Source: Thermoproteota archaeon (GTDB taxonomy: Archaea; Asgardarchaeota; Jordiarchaeia; Jordiarchaeales; Freyrarchaeaceae). Taken from it: a DNA stretch of 64,000 nt. The notes below the pieces were generated by a model. That model did not search any database. It was not told where the DNA came from and was given only the letters and a program-made list of their open reading frames with translations. A program made the position numbers and the translations under genes. This document shows, one piece after another, positions 10,417 through 20,421 of the stretch. Position 1 is the stretch's first letter, and every line of letters starts with the position of its first letter. Location of the stretch: positions 16,497-80,496 of the forward strand of contig JAPDJY010000006.1 of assembly GCA_029258835.1 (NCBI GenBank). The letters run 5' to 3'.

Positions 10417-11616
10417 ATGAGCTTGAACATCGAGGTTTGCAAAGGAGTTGGAGTACCCACGTCTCAGCTCGCAATGGAAATGGTTGAAAGGAAAGGGAGA
10501 GGTCATCCAGATGTAATATGTGACAGGGCGGCCGAGGAGCTCAGTGTAGCGCTCAGTAAGTACTATCTTGAAAAGGCGGGGAGGATTCTCCATTTTAACA
10601 CTGATAAGGCGCTTCTGGTTGGAGGACAGGCTAACGCGGTTTTCGGCGGAGGAGAAGTGATAGAGCCAATGTACTTGCTTCTAGTGGGCAGAGCTGCTCT
10701 AAACCTGCCTAGTGGCGAAAGGGTTCCAATAGGTAAACTAGTGGTTAAAACAACTAGGGATTGGATATCTAAGGAGTTTCGGTTCCTTGATCCGTTTACT
10801 GACATAATAGTAGATTACAGAATAAAGCCTGGAAGCGTGGATCTAGTGGAGAACTTCGAGCTTGGAGTAGATGTGCCTAGGGCGAACGACACAAGCTTTG
10901 GAGTAGCCTTCGCGCCTCTAACCGAGACGGAGAGGCTGGTGTACATGACGGAGAAAACACTTAATTCTCCTGAAGTCAAGAAGCTCCACCCTGAGATAGG
11001 AGAAGACATAAAGGTTATGGGTGTAAGACGGAACGACAGGATCGATCTCACCGTTGCATGCGCCGTCATATCAAGTCTAACGCCAGACAAAGACCACTAC
11101 ATGAACGTGAAGGAAACAGTTAAGGAGATTGTTTACAAGTTAGCGTCTGACATAACAGAAAAAGAAGTAAACGTAGAAGTAAACACCGCCGATGAACCCG
11201 AAAGAGACGTCTTCTACCTAACAGTAACAGGAACATCAGCAGAGCATGGAGACGATGGACAAGTTGGGAGAGGAAACAGGGTGAATGGGCTGATAACCCC
11301 ATATAGACCCATGACCCTTGAAGCAGCGGCAGGGAAGAACCCGGTAAGCCATGTTGGTAAAACCTACAACATAGCTGCAAGAAAGATAGTGGAAAAGCTC
11401 GTTAAAGAAGAGCAATCAGTAGAGCAAGCATCCTGCTACATAGTTAGCAGAATAGGAAAACCCATAAATCAGCCACAAGCAATAAACATCGAAGTGTACA
11501 CAGACTCTCCCTTAAACGTCATAAGGTCAACGGCTGAAAACATCGCACAGGAAGTCATGGACGAAATGCCATTAATATGGAAAGGCTTCATAGAAAAGCA
11601 ATACGAACTCTTCTAG
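10417..11616 (+). CDS. mat: Archaeal S-adenosylmethionine synthetase
   Basis: [49 protein letters not shown]. Confidence 0.96.
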   Translation: MSLNIEVCKGVGVPTSQLAMEMVERKGRGHPDVICDRAAEELSVALSKYYLEKAGRILHFNTDKALLVGGQANAVFGGGEVIEPMYLLLVGRAALNLPSGERVPIGKLVVKTTRDWISKEFRFLDPFTDIIVDYRIKPGSVDLVENFELGVDVPRANDTSFGVAFAPLTETERLVYMTEKTLNSPEVKKLHPEIGEDIKVMGVRRNDRIDLTVACAVISSLTPDKDHYMNVKETVKEIVYKLASDITEKEVNVEVNTADEPERDVFYLTVTGTSAEHGDDGQVGRGNRVNGLITPYRPMTLEAAAGKNPVSHVGKTYNIAARKIVEKLVKEEQSVEQASCYIVSRIGKPINQPQAINIEVYTDSPLNVIRSTAENIAQEVMDEMPLIWKGFIEKQYELF

Positions 11617-11871
11617 CATAACTCAGCGACCTTTTATTCACGATATAGTTCATTTCAGCATCAAAACAGGAATGCTAGGAAAGAAAACAGGAGGAAAGGG
11701 GGAAAATAGCTACTTAGCATTTAGTCCATTAACGACGCTGCCGGTCTACATCTTGTTCCTCCGCTACCCAGTATCGATTATATTTTTCCGTATTCGAAAA
11801 TTGCCCTATGAAAAGGAGAGAAAAAATTAATTAGTTTAGATGGTTAGGTTAAACTTGCTGGTGTGGCCTGT

Positions 11872-12026
11872 GGGCGGGTAGTCTAGAGCTGGGTTGACTG
11901 GCGGAGAACTTGGTATGACACGATGGATTAAACAGGGTCCATCGCGTGATGCCGGCTTCGGGAGCCGGCGGTCCCGGGTTCGAAACGTGCACTGGATTGC
12001 ACGCGAGACTCCTGGCCCGCCCACCA
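11872..12026 (+). tRNA. tRNA-Pro(CGG) with three introns at positions 15/16 (11887-11908), 25/26 (11920-11950) and 59/60 (11985-12009); CCA encoded
   Basis: Acceptor stem GGGCGGG/CCCGCCC-A-CCA; anticodon arm CCGGC-TTCGGGA-GCCGG (CGG at 11959-11961); removing the three inserts gives a 77-nt cloverleaf with D-arm GTCTAGCTTGGTATGAC and T-loop TTCGAAT. Confidence 0.93.
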
Positions 12027-12269
12027 TATTTCTCTTAAGACCTTTTCCCTTAAGATTCCTTTGATTATACTTTATTCACTTTAGCTTGCAAACGGTGCAT
12101 TTTTCCCGTTTCAAATGCTTTTTTGTTTGTTAGCAGTAAGCACGTGTTGCTTTTTTGGTCATTTAAAGGTAATATTTTTCACTTTGCATGTTACCTTTTT
12201 ATTTTTAGTTTTTCTTGTATTTTCATGTCTTTACGTCTTTACGTGTTCGGTGTTGAGGTGGTGGTGTTA

Positions 12270-12875
12270 TTGAAGTTTCTAGCTCCGACGTGGGATGAAA
12301 TATATTTTCTTACGTTTAAAGTGGCTAGAATGATTTTAGAGGATGGTGTTAACTTCGATGTTATCGTTGGGATCGCTCGTGGCGGCTGGATTGTCGCCCG
12401 CATGATGTCTGATCTGCTTTCAATTAAGAAGGTAGCCTCTATCACCGTGGAGTTCTACTCGGATATTGGGGAAAAAATGGAAGAACCCGTCGTTTCACAA
12501 CCCATATCAATCGACGTCCAAGCTAAGCGTGTGCTTTTATGCGACGACGTGGCTGATAGCGGTCATAGCCTGCGTGTGGCCATTAACCATCTGAAAGACA
12601 ACGGAGTTACCAGTCTTAAAGTTGCTACCTTGCATCTAAAGCCGTGGAGTGTGGTTACCCCTGACTACTATGGGGAGGTTACGGATGCTTGGATAATTTA
12701 CCCTTGGGAGCTTTTCGAAAGCGTGGAAAGCCTCTCTAGGAAGTTTGAAGCTAAAGGCTGGACGAGGGATGAGATCGAGCGCTTCCTTCTAAACATTCCA
12801 ATTCCATTGAAATATTTAGATCCTTTACTTAAATGGAGAGAGATGTTCATGTTAGCATGGAGGGGTGGGAGGTGA
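12270..12875 (+). CDS. Phosphoribosyltransferase (purine PRTase-like)
   Basis: GIARGG, PRPP-binding VLLCDDVADSGHSL, PDYY, WIIYPWE; start estimated from GAGGTG. Confidence 0.88.
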   Translation: MKFLAPTWDEIYFLTFKVARMILEDGVNFDVIVGIARGGWIVARMMSDLLSIKKVASITVEFYSDIGEKMEEPVVSQPISIDVQAKRVLLCDDVADSGHSLRVAINHLKDNGVTSLKVATLHLKPWSVVTPDYYGEVTDAWIIYPWELFESVESLSRKFEAKGWTRDEIERFLLNIPIPLKYLDPLLKWREMFMLAWRGGR

Positions 12876-12877
12876 TC

Positions 12878-13447
12878 TTGGCTAGCTTGGTAGACGAGTT
12901 AAAAATTGGAATATGTGGTATTAAGGCTGTATGTATCGACGTTGATGAGGCTCTGAGCACGGCTAGACGTGTTGAAACGTCGCTGGAGGTCACTGTTCAA
13001 CTTTTTGACGCTTCGCTTGTTGCCACATGGGAGCACGTTTTCTTTAGCGCTTTAAATGCAGTTAAAGCATTTAATGATGGAAGGAAAATAGCTAGAACGC
13101 TTGGAATGGAGTGCCTCCTCCACATGTCTGGTCAGAGGCAAATAAACATCGCACTGAAAATGTTTGGTTTAAAGCCTAAAATTAGAGAGCTAGGAGCTTT
13201 GATCATAAGTAAAAGTGAGAAACGCATTAAAAGTGCAATTCAAGAGCTTGTAAACCGCTTAGGAGGCGTAATGGAAGATAGCGTACTCGAGCTTAACTTA
13301 GAAAAGGCTGAGAGGGTAAAGGAAGCCTTCAAGGTAGGGGATGAAGAGCTCGCTGCAGTTAAAACGTCGAAGCGAGAAAACTCTCTTTTTGAAGCGTTGG
13401 TTAAGTGTTGCATTGAAAGAAGTGCCATAATGCTCCTAGAGTCATGA
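12878..13447 (+). CDS. cgi121: KEOPS complex subunit Cgi121
   Basis: VQLFDA..V...EH...A..NA..AF; IARTLGMECLLHMSGQRQINIAL..FG; C-terminal ERSA; convergent with sua5. Confidence 0.88.
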   Translation: MASLVDELKIGICGIKAVCIDVDEALSTARRVETSLEVTVQLFDASLVATWEHVFFSALNAVKAFNDGRKIARTLGMECLLHMSGQRQINIALKMFGLKPKIRELGALIISKSEKRIKSAIQELVNRLGGVMEDSVLELNLEKAERVKEAFKVGDEELAAVKTSKRENSLFEALVKCCIERSAIMLLES

Positions 13448-14095
13448 TTAACCTCTCTTTAACGGTTTTCCTAGAACCTTCTCTAAAGCCTCTAGTGAGA
13501 TGGCGCCTTCCCTAACTATTAATGGTAGCTTTTTTGTTAGGTCCACAACCGTAGACGCTACTCCCTTCGTTCTCCCCCCATCAAGTATTAAGTCTAGTGA
13601 TGAGCCTAGTTGGGCGGCAACTTGGTTGGCGTCGGCCGCTGGAGGGGCGCCAGAGATGTTCGCGCTCGTACCAGTAATTGCTCCCCCCACCTTCTCTGCT
13701 ATTAACTTGGGAACAGGGTGATTTGGAACCCTTAAACCTATGTTTTCCTTCCCTCCCGACACCTCTCTTGGTATAGGTGTACGTTGTTCGAGTATAATGG
13801 TCAACGGTCCCGGCCAGAATTTTTCCGCTAAGGTGAGCGCTTCAGGAGTGAAGTAAGCGATTTTTTCAGCTACATTTAGACTGCATACTAAAATAGGTAT
13901 CCCCTTCTCAATCGGTCTCCTTTTAGCTTTCAGTAGCTTTCTGACAGCTTTCTGACTGAATGGGTTTACTCCGAGGCCATAAAGCGTATCTGTAGGATAT
14001 GCTACGATGCCTCCCTTTCTTATTATCTCGGCTGCAAGCTCAGCCGCTTCAGCGAGTTTTCCCCGTTTAACCTTAACTATCTTCGCTTCAGTCAC
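13448..14095 (-). CDS. sua5: Threonylcarbamoyl-AMP synthase (Sua5/YrdC/TsaC)
   Basis: AYPTDTLYGL, KRRP..K, FWPGPLT, TSANISG, STVVD, REGAI. Confidence 0.93.
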   Translation of the reverse strand: MTEAKIVKVKRGKLAEAAELAAEIIRKGGIVAYPTDTLYGLGVNPFSQKAVRKLLKAKRRPIEKGIPILVCSLNVAEKIAYFTPEALTLAEKFWPGPLTIILEQRTPIPREVSGGKENIGLRVPNHPVPKLIAEKVGGAITGTSANISGAPPAADANQVAAQLGSSLDLILDGGRTKGVASTVVDLTKKLPLIVREGAISLEALEKVLGKPLKRG

Positions 14096-14179
14096 GTTTT
14101 CCTCCTCGCTTCCCGTTTAACCTGTTAAATGGGCGGAAAGAAAAATTTAACTTTTTAGAGGTTTTATTGCCTTCCGGTT

Positions 14180-15193
14180 GTGGTGGCATTGGACACCGCA
14201 GTTGTTCTAGCTGCTGGCATGGGGCGAAGAATGGGCGTTCTCTCTAGGTTTTACCCTAAACCGCTCATTCCCGTGGCTAATAAGCCAGTTATCGATTGGG
14301 TTTTTTCGTCACTTTCAAATGCAGGGGTCAGAAGATTCATAGTGGTTGTTGGGTACATGGGAAGCGTTATTAAACGTCATATTGAACGTTACTTTAGCAA
14401 TGTGGACGTTAAATGTGTTTATGCGGATGATTACGTGAAAGGGGCAGGATACTCCCTTCTCGCCGCTGAGGGTTATGTTTCAGGGGATTTCCTACTTAGC
14501 CCCGCAGACTTAATCTTAGACCCCAAAATAGTTTCAGGGTTGATAAAGGCGTCTTCGAGGCTTGGCGTTCCACTTCTCGCTACGGGAAGCGCTAAAAGGC
14601 AGGGAACAGCCATCTCCACTAGTGGAGGAATGTGTGGAAGCGTAGTGAGCATGAAGAAGGGATGCGGGGTTGAGCGCGTTTGCATCGGCTTAGTTGCATT
14701 AGACTCCTCGTTCTTCAATTGTTTACGAAGAAGCATCAACAATGGGGAGGGAAGTGTTGTTTCAGCATTAGACCTTTACATTAGGGAAGGAGGGTGCCTT
14801 AAGTTTATCGATTTCCCAGAAACATGCTGGTTTGACGTCGACACGATAACTGAAGTTCTAAAGGTAAACAGTTACCTTCTAAACGCCGGCATAATTCCTC
14901 AGAATAACTTTTATGTTCCCCCCGGTGAAGTATGGTCCCTTTCATGTAGAGAAGAGAGTATTACTCGTTCTACTGTATTTGGACCCGTACTCTTTAACCC
15001 GGAATGCTCTATTGAGGGATCGAAGCTAGGACCTAACGTCTCGCTTAATGGTGGCGTTTCATGCAAGAAAGCCATAGTTTCTGATGCTGTCGTTTTTGGG
15101 AGGTGTAAGCTGAAGGGGGTTGTAAAGAGCGGCATACTCTTTAATAACATGTTTTTCAGCGAGGGCACCCGCATTGAGCAAGTACCGTGTTAG
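14180..15193 (+). CDS. Sugar/polyol-phosphate nucleotidyltransferase with C-terminal beta-helix
   Basis: LAAGMGRRM, PKPLIPV, WFDVDT; hexapeptide-like C-terminus. Confidence 0.8.
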   Translation: MVALDTAVVLAAGMGRRMGVLSRFYPKPLIPVANKPVIDWVFSSLSNAGVRRFIVVVGYMGSVIKRHIERYFSNVDVKCVYADDYVKGAGYSLLAAEGYVSGDFLLSPADLILDPKIVSGLIKASSRLGVPLLATGSAKRQGTAISTSGGMCGSVVSMKKGCGVERVCIGLVALDSSFFNCLRRSINNGEGSVVSALDLYIREGGCLKFIDFPETCWFDVDTITEVLKVNSYLLNAGIIPQNNFYVPPGEVWSLSCREESITRSTVFGPVLFNPECSIEGSKLGPNVSLNGGVSCKKAIVSDAVVFGRCKLKGVVKSGILFNNMFFSEGTRIEQVPC

Positions 15194-15794
15194 AAGACTT
15201 TTTCAACCATTAGTTTCTTCGTTAGCGTTGCTGTTCGCTAGGATCGGCTTAAGGCCGAATCATGTAACCGTTGCATCCCTTATAACAACAGTTTTTGCAT
15301 CAGTCTCCCTAGCTTTAGACCTCCCTCTCATGTACGGAATTCTACTCTTTACTTCAGGCTTGTTGGATGGAGTTGATGGAGCATTGGCACGGTTAACTGG
15401 GTCCTCTTCATCTTGGGGCGGCTTCCTCGACTCATTAAGTGATAGGTACGCGGACGTCATAGCTATCATAGGCTTTCTTTTCTGGAAGGAAATGAAAGGC
15501 TTCAAGCTTTTATTCCCTGTTGAGTTGTGGGTAGCCTTAGCCGTAGCTGGTTTCTTAATGGTAAGTTATGTTAGGAGTGAGGGGGAGGGTGTAGGTGTCC
15601 CTCTTGATGTGGGGTTAGCCGCTAGATCTGAGAGGCTTCTCATCCTTTCAACCTCGTCGATGCTTTATCCCTTAGCGTGGTTCTCCCCTTGTTTAGGTTT
15701 AATCGTGTGCTGCGTGTTGGCTCATCTAACAGCCATCTACAGGTTCGTCTTCGCCTCCGTTAAGTTAAAATTAAGGTATGAGGACTCTTCATAA
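15174..15794 (+). CDS. CDP-alcohol phosphatidyltransferase (archaetidylinositol-phosphate-synthase-like)
   Basis: PNHVT; DGVDGALAR...GGFLDSLSDRYAD signature; VSYVR..E, ER motifs. Confidence 0.9.
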   Translation: MSKYRVRRLFQPLVSSLALLFARIGLRPNHVTVASLITTVFASVSLALDLPLMYGILLFTSGLLDGVDGALARLTGSSSSWGGFLDSLSDRYADVIAIIGFLFWKEMKGFKLLFPVELWVALAVAGFLMVSYVRSEGEGVGVPLDVGLAARSERLLILSTSSMLYPLAWFSPCLGLIVCCVLAHLTAIYRFVFASVKLKLRYEDSS

Positions 15795-15823
15795 CACCGG
15801 CTTTAAGGGGAGCGGTACTTCGT

Positions 15824-16330
15824 TTGCTTGCCCATGTTATTTTGTCATCCCTGTTAGAGGCTAAGGTAGATTTCGCCGTTTCAGTGCCAGCTTCACTCTT
15901 CGCTGAAGTGCTAATGAAAATAGAAAGCTATGGAATCAAGCACGTAATTGTCACAAGGGAGGAAGAAGGTGTTGGGGTAGCCGCTGGTGCATACCTTGGA
16001 GGGAGGAGGCCTGCTATCCTCATGCAGAATAGTGGGCTTGGGAATTGTTTAAATGCTCTTCTCTCTCTCAACAAGACGTTCGGTATTCCGCTTCTAATGC
16101 TCATTGCCCAGAGAGGGTGGAGAAGGGAGAAGATTGTTGCTCAGATCCCGATGGGCGAAGCAACTATTCCCATCCTAAAAGCCGCGTGCATTCCCTTTTA
16201 CCTGCCTGGCAGCCTTCAAGAGTTAAGCGTTGAAATAGTGGAGGCCGCTGAGCTAGCATGGGTGAGGGAGCTGCCTGTCGCCGTTATAGTTAGAGAGGGG
16301 TTGAGGAATGAAGAGAATAGACGCCATTAA
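15824..16330 (+). CDS. comD: Sulfopyruvate decarboxylase alpha subunit
   Basis: [35 protein letters not shown]. Confidence 0.87.
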   Translation: MLAHVILSSLLEAKVDFAVSVPASLFAEVLMKIESYGIKHVIVTREEEGVGVAAGAYLGGRRPAILMQNSGLGNCLNALLSLNKTFGIPLLMLIAQRGWRREKIVAQIPMGEATIPILKAACIPFYLPGSLQELSVEIVEAAELAWVRELPVAVIVREGLRNEENRRH

Positions 16331-16871
16331 AGCCGTTGTAGAGGAGTTAGACGATGAGCTGGTGATATGCAATATCGGCTTTCCTTCCCGTGAACTCTAT
16401 AGTGTAAAGGATAGAGATGCAAACTTTTACATGCTAGGATCTATGGGGCTAGCCTCGTCGATAGGCTTAGGCCTAGCTCTTTCAACCAAAAGGCAAATTG
16501 TGGTCTTCGACGGCGACGGCTCTCTTCTTATGAACTTAGGCTCGCTTGTAACGATAGCGAATCAAGCGCCTTCCAACATGATTCTTATAGTTTTAGATAA
16601 TGCCTCTTACGCATCTACGGGAGGGCAGCCAAGTTACACTGCTGGAAAAACTAACCTCGCTAAAGTGGCCATGTCCGTAGGGTTCGAAAACGTGTTTGAA
16701 GTTGAAACCGTCGCCGAGCTGAAAAAGTCGTTTAGGAGTGCAAAGGGGAAGCTTTCTTTCATACTGGCAAAAGTGGAGAAGGGTAACGCTGACGTACCAG
16801 TAATACCACTTTCACCCTACAAGATTAAACGGCGCTTTATGAAGTGCATCAAGAAAAATCATTGTCATTAG
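16308..16871 (+). CDS. comE: Sulfopyruvate decarboxylase beta subunit
   Basis: [30 protein letters not shown] motif [11 protein letters not shown]...DN, STGGQ. Confidence 0.9.
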   Translation: MKRIDAIKAVVEELDDELVICNIGFPSRELYSVKDRDANFYMLGSMGLASSIGLGLALSTKRQIVVFDGDGSLLMNLGSLVTIANQAPSNMILIVLDNASYASTGGQPSYTAGKTNLAKVAMSVGFENVFEVETVAELKKSFRSAKGKLSFILAKVEKGNADVPVIPLSPYKIKRRFMKCIKKNHCH

Positions 16872-17102
16872 ATTTCTAATTGAATTTTCCATGGAATCAA
16901 CATTGCTTACACTGACCTTAACTCGAAATGGTTTAAACAGGTAAATATTCTACTTGTACATCTTAAGCTTACAACGTCTTTTTCCCACTTTTCCACGTTA
17001 TCTCTTACCATAAAGAAAGTGTTTTTTACTTTTCAAGTTTAAATCCTTATGACCTGTCGCCGCTATGAGAGTTGCCATTATAAGGGTTTAAACCTCGAAT
17101 AG

Positions 17103-18375
17103 TTGTTGCCCTTTGGGGGTGTTGGCTTGAGGGAGTTCTACTATGAGTGTTTTGAGTGTGGCGAGCTGTTTCAGCCTGTAGGACATATGATCGAGTGTAG
17201 TGAGTGTGGCAGCATCCTCCAGTATTTTTACCCTAAACTTAAGATTAGGCGGTTTAACGATTTAGTTTTGCCATTTATGAAAGGTGTGTGGATCTTCCAG
17301 AAAGTGCTCCCTATAAGGTGGGTTCATACCAGTGCTGTTTCTCTAGGTGAAGGAGGGACGCCTTTAACGCTTAGCAAGGCTGCCATGGACTTTATTGGGG
17401 TGAATAATGTATCAGTTTTCTTGAAGAACGAAATGCTGAATCCAACTGGAACGTTTAAGGATAGGGGTTCTGCCGTGTCTCTTTCCGTTTTTAAAGAAAG
17501 AAACATTTTAGAGGTCTCCTTAGCGTCTCTTAGCGATACTTCTGCTTCCTACGTGGCCTACAATAGGGATGCAGGAAGAAAGATTGCTATTTTCTCCCCT
17601 TCACGGCAGCGTATTGTTGACGGTGAGGAGAGTGTGGTTACAGTCTCGGTTGAAGGAGCTTTTCATGATGCTGAAGCTATGGCTAGAGCTTTCGCTGAAG
17701 GGGCTGGGTTCGTTTTCGACGGCGGCTTCAAAAATCCTAATATGACTGCTGGCCTAGAAACATTAGCGTATGAAATACTAATTCAACTCTACCAGAAATA
17801 CGGTAAACGGCTGAAGGAAATGATCGAAAAACGGGAAAGTATGGTATATTCATCCTACAGCTAGTGGAAGCACGCTGATCGCATGGTATCAGGCCTTAGA
17901 TAGAATGAATGAGTGGGGGATCATAAAGGGTTTTATCCGTCTCGTCTGCGTTCAGCCTGAAGGATGCCCCTCTATCGTGGATCCAGCTTTGAAAAAACTA
18001 AAGAAGCTGGAGGCCCCGATTAAGTCGGAAACTTGGGTTAAGGAGTTAGAAGTGGAATGGCCAAAGGAAAGCTATCCCTACGTAAGATATGTTGTCTCTG
18101 AGAGTGACGGCTTATTCTGTAAAGTTAAGGAGAAGTCGGTAAGAGGTGTTTATTGTTTATCTGGAGAATTTTTCGACGTGCAGGTTTCAGCCTCAACCGC
18201 AGTATCCTTAGCCGCCATCGCAGAACTGTCAAGCAACTTCGAGAGAGGCGACTTGGTGATCGTAAGCCTTACATGCGGAGAACAAACCCAAGAGATATCC
18301 AAAGGGCGCGCTGTCGGCCCGGTGTCCACTACTACATCCATCGAAGAACTAATCGAAAAACACCTCAACCTCTAA
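17103..18375 (+). pseudogene. Threonine-synthase/cysteate-synthase-like PLP enzyme split by a one-base frameshift
   Basis: Zn ribbon, SLGEGGTP, NPTGTFKDRG; removing one A from the A5 run at 17827-17831 joins both ORFs (IENGKVWYIHPTASGSTL..., VQPEGC). Confidence 0.75.
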
Positions 18376-18511
18376 TCCTTCAGCCAATCACACCCACCTG
18401 CAAGTGATTTTCTGCTGGAATCAGCGTAGTGGGGGGAACGAAATAATAAGAATGAAATAATAAATCTACTTGGGCGCTCGCTAGCAAGGAAAACTTGTAA
18501 TAGTGTAAGAG

Positions 18512-18725
18512 GTGGGGTTCAGCTTACATGGGTATTTGTAAGCCTTGGGGTTCATTGGGCTTGGTCCTCCTCTTGGGTTCATCGGAGGCTTATCATCGCC
18601 TTTACCCCCGTTCGTGGTAACCCTTCCGGAGCCCTCATGGGTGCACCTTTCCGCCTTTTCATCAACCTTGTTAGGGGCCTCGAAACCAAGCGGTTGGAAG
18701 GTGCTCGGACCCCGGGGAAACCCAC
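18512..18725 (-). ncRNA. Candidate structured non-coding RNA (~215 nt) with multiple K-turn/box-C-like motifs
   Basis: GC-rich intergenic block; ends pair (GTGGG/CCCAC); helices GCACCTT/AAGGTGC, GGGCT/AGCCC, CCTCC/GGAGG, GCTTACA/TGTAAGC; six (A)TGA motifs at helix junctions. Confidence 0.6.
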
Positions 18726-18906
18726 ACATCTTAAGGTAACCTCACCTACTAAATATCATATTCACCCACCAACCATCTAACTGTTACGCTAGGCGTTGAT
18801 TCCTCCTTATTACTGGTTTATCGCCTCGATGTGGATGAGAAATCGTGTTCTGCGTAAGTTTTAAAGGCTAATTGCGTAAAAACGTTAGGAGGCTAAGCGA
18901 TGCCGG

Positions 18907-19704
18907 GTGAATTCGATGTGTCCGCAACTTTTTGGTCTTTCACCAGTAATAAGAGGGAGAAAACCTAGAACTTCGGGGTTAACGTCTATTATAGATAGAG
19001 GGATCCCTGTCTCCGAGCTGAGGGGGCTGATGGAAAACGCCGGAGAGTACATTGATCTATGCAAGTTCGGCTGGTGCACCTGGCTTCTTATGCCTGAAAG
19101 GCTAGTAAAAAGTAAGATAGAAGTTTGCGAAGAGTTTGACGTTAAGGTTTTGCCTGGCGGATCAAGCATTGAGGCCGCTTTCATTAGAGGGAAGGCTGAA
19201 GAATTCCTTAGGTTCGTTAAGGAACTTGGTTTTACATCTATTGAAATATCAAGTGGTATAGCGAATATTTCCATTGAAGAGAAGCTTAGACTGGTGCGGT
19301 TGGCTAAGGACCTCGACTTTTGCCCTGTTATTACGGAGGTTGGCAGGAAGGATCCTAAGGAAGACTTAGCCTTACCTCTCAACGAGCGGATAAGGTTGAT
19401 GAAGCTTGAACTTGAGGCTGGAGCTGACTACGTGGTTGTGGAGGCTAGGGAAAGCGGGAAAGGCATTGGACCCTACAACGCTAAGGGAGACGTTAAGGAG
19501 TCTTTCGTTGAGGCGATAGTGCGTGACGTACCAGTTGAAAAAATAATCTGGGAGGCCCCCTTAAAGTCGCAGCAGGTATGGCTGATTAAAAGGTTTGGGC
19601 CTAACGTAAATCTGGGAAACGTTCAGGTAGGCGACGTGATACCCCTAGAGACGCTTCGTCTAGGTCTCAGAGGCGACACAATGCTCAAGTTTCTCTTAAG
19701 CTAA
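18907..19704 (+). CDS. comA: Phosphosulfolactate synthase
   Basis: KPRTSGLT..IDRG, KFGW, IEISSG, TEVGRK, EARESG, WEAP.K.QQ, GPNVNLGN, LETLRLGLRGDT. Confidence 0.95.
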   Translation: MNSMCPQLFGLSPVIRGRKPRTSGLTSIIDRGIPVSELRGLMENAGEYIDLCKFGWCTWLLMPERLVKSKIEVCEEFDVKVLPGGSSIEAAFIRGKAEEFLRFVKELGFTSIEISSGIANISIEEKLRLVRLAKDLDFCPVITEVGRKDPKEDLALPLNERIRLMKLELEAGADYVVVEARESGKGIGPYNAKGDVKESFVEAIVRDVPVEKIIWEAPLKSQQVWLIKRFGPNVNLGNVQVGDVIPLETLRLGLRGDTMLKFLLS

Positions 19705-19716
19705 GGATGGTTAACT

Positions 19717-20421
19717 ATGAAGGTCAGGGTGGCCTTCGGGGAGAGGGGGGCTCTCCTGGCTGCAGAGCGGGGACACATAGTTATAGTTGTAGACACGCTT
19801 AGAGCCAGCACGACGGTTACCACGGCCTTAGAGAACGGTGCCGAAAGGGTGATCCCCGTAAGAACCGTGAAGAACGCCAAAAAGCTTTTTCAAAGTTTAG
19901 TTTCTAAGCATCCTAGGGAGAAGGTTGTCCTCGCAGGCGAGAGGAGGGGGTTACGGATCCCCGGATTCGACCTTGGAAACTCCCCCCTCGAGTTCACAAG
20001 GAGTGTTGTTGAAGGGAAAATCGTAATCTTGACGACGACAAACTTCACGAAGGTCGTCTCCTCCGCCCTTAAGGCCCCATTCATCATGGCAGGCTGCCTA
20101 AGGAACGCCATGGCGGCAGCTTCCCTAGCAATGCGGGAGGCAGCTAAGCAAGGCAGGAACGTGACGATCGTTCACTCAGGGCGGAAGGGCTTTTTCACCC
20201 CGGAAGACTACATCACCGCGGTCGTGATAAAAAACTTCATGGAAGGGAGACGGGAGCCTGAAGGCTTTGAAAGATGTGTTTTCAACTCGCCAAGCGCTAA
20301 GTATCTTGCCTCGATAGGGTTAGGGGAAGACGTAAAGTACTGTGCACAGCTAAACCAGAGCAAAACAGTGCCGGTGATCGAGTTTACCTCCTTTGTAGGA
20401 AGGTTGATCAGTCCTTTTTAA
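19717..20421 (+). CDS. comB: 2-phosphosulfolactate phosphatase
   Basis: VVDTLRASTT, GER.G..IPGFDLGNSP, TTTN.T, F..ED; directly after comA. Confidence 0.92.
   Translation: MKVRVAFGERGALLAAERGHIVIVVDTLRASTTVTTALENGAERVIPVRTVKNAKKLFQSLVSKHPREKVVLAGERRGLRIPGFDLGNSPLEFTRSVVEGKIVILTTTNFTKVVSSALKAPFIMAGCLRNAMAAASLAMREAAKQGRNVTIVHSGRKGFFTPEDYITAVVIKNFMEGRREPEGFERCVFNSPSAKYLASIGLGEDVKYCAQLNQSKTVPVIEFTSFVGRLISPF

Noticed and set aside
11836-12027. 63-aa minus-strand ORF and the many antisense or nested ORFs in the track
   Set aside because: They are shadows of the tRNA or of well-supported genes and show no protein motifs.
17820-17870. Second mRNA intron in the PLP synthase gene
   Set aside because: The break is a single extra base in a homopolymer with no insert or BHB.
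18512-18725. SRP RNA or RNase P RNA
   Set aside because: A GGAA-capped stem is present, but the SRP helix-8 CAGG/AGCA loop and the RNase P conserved regions are missing.
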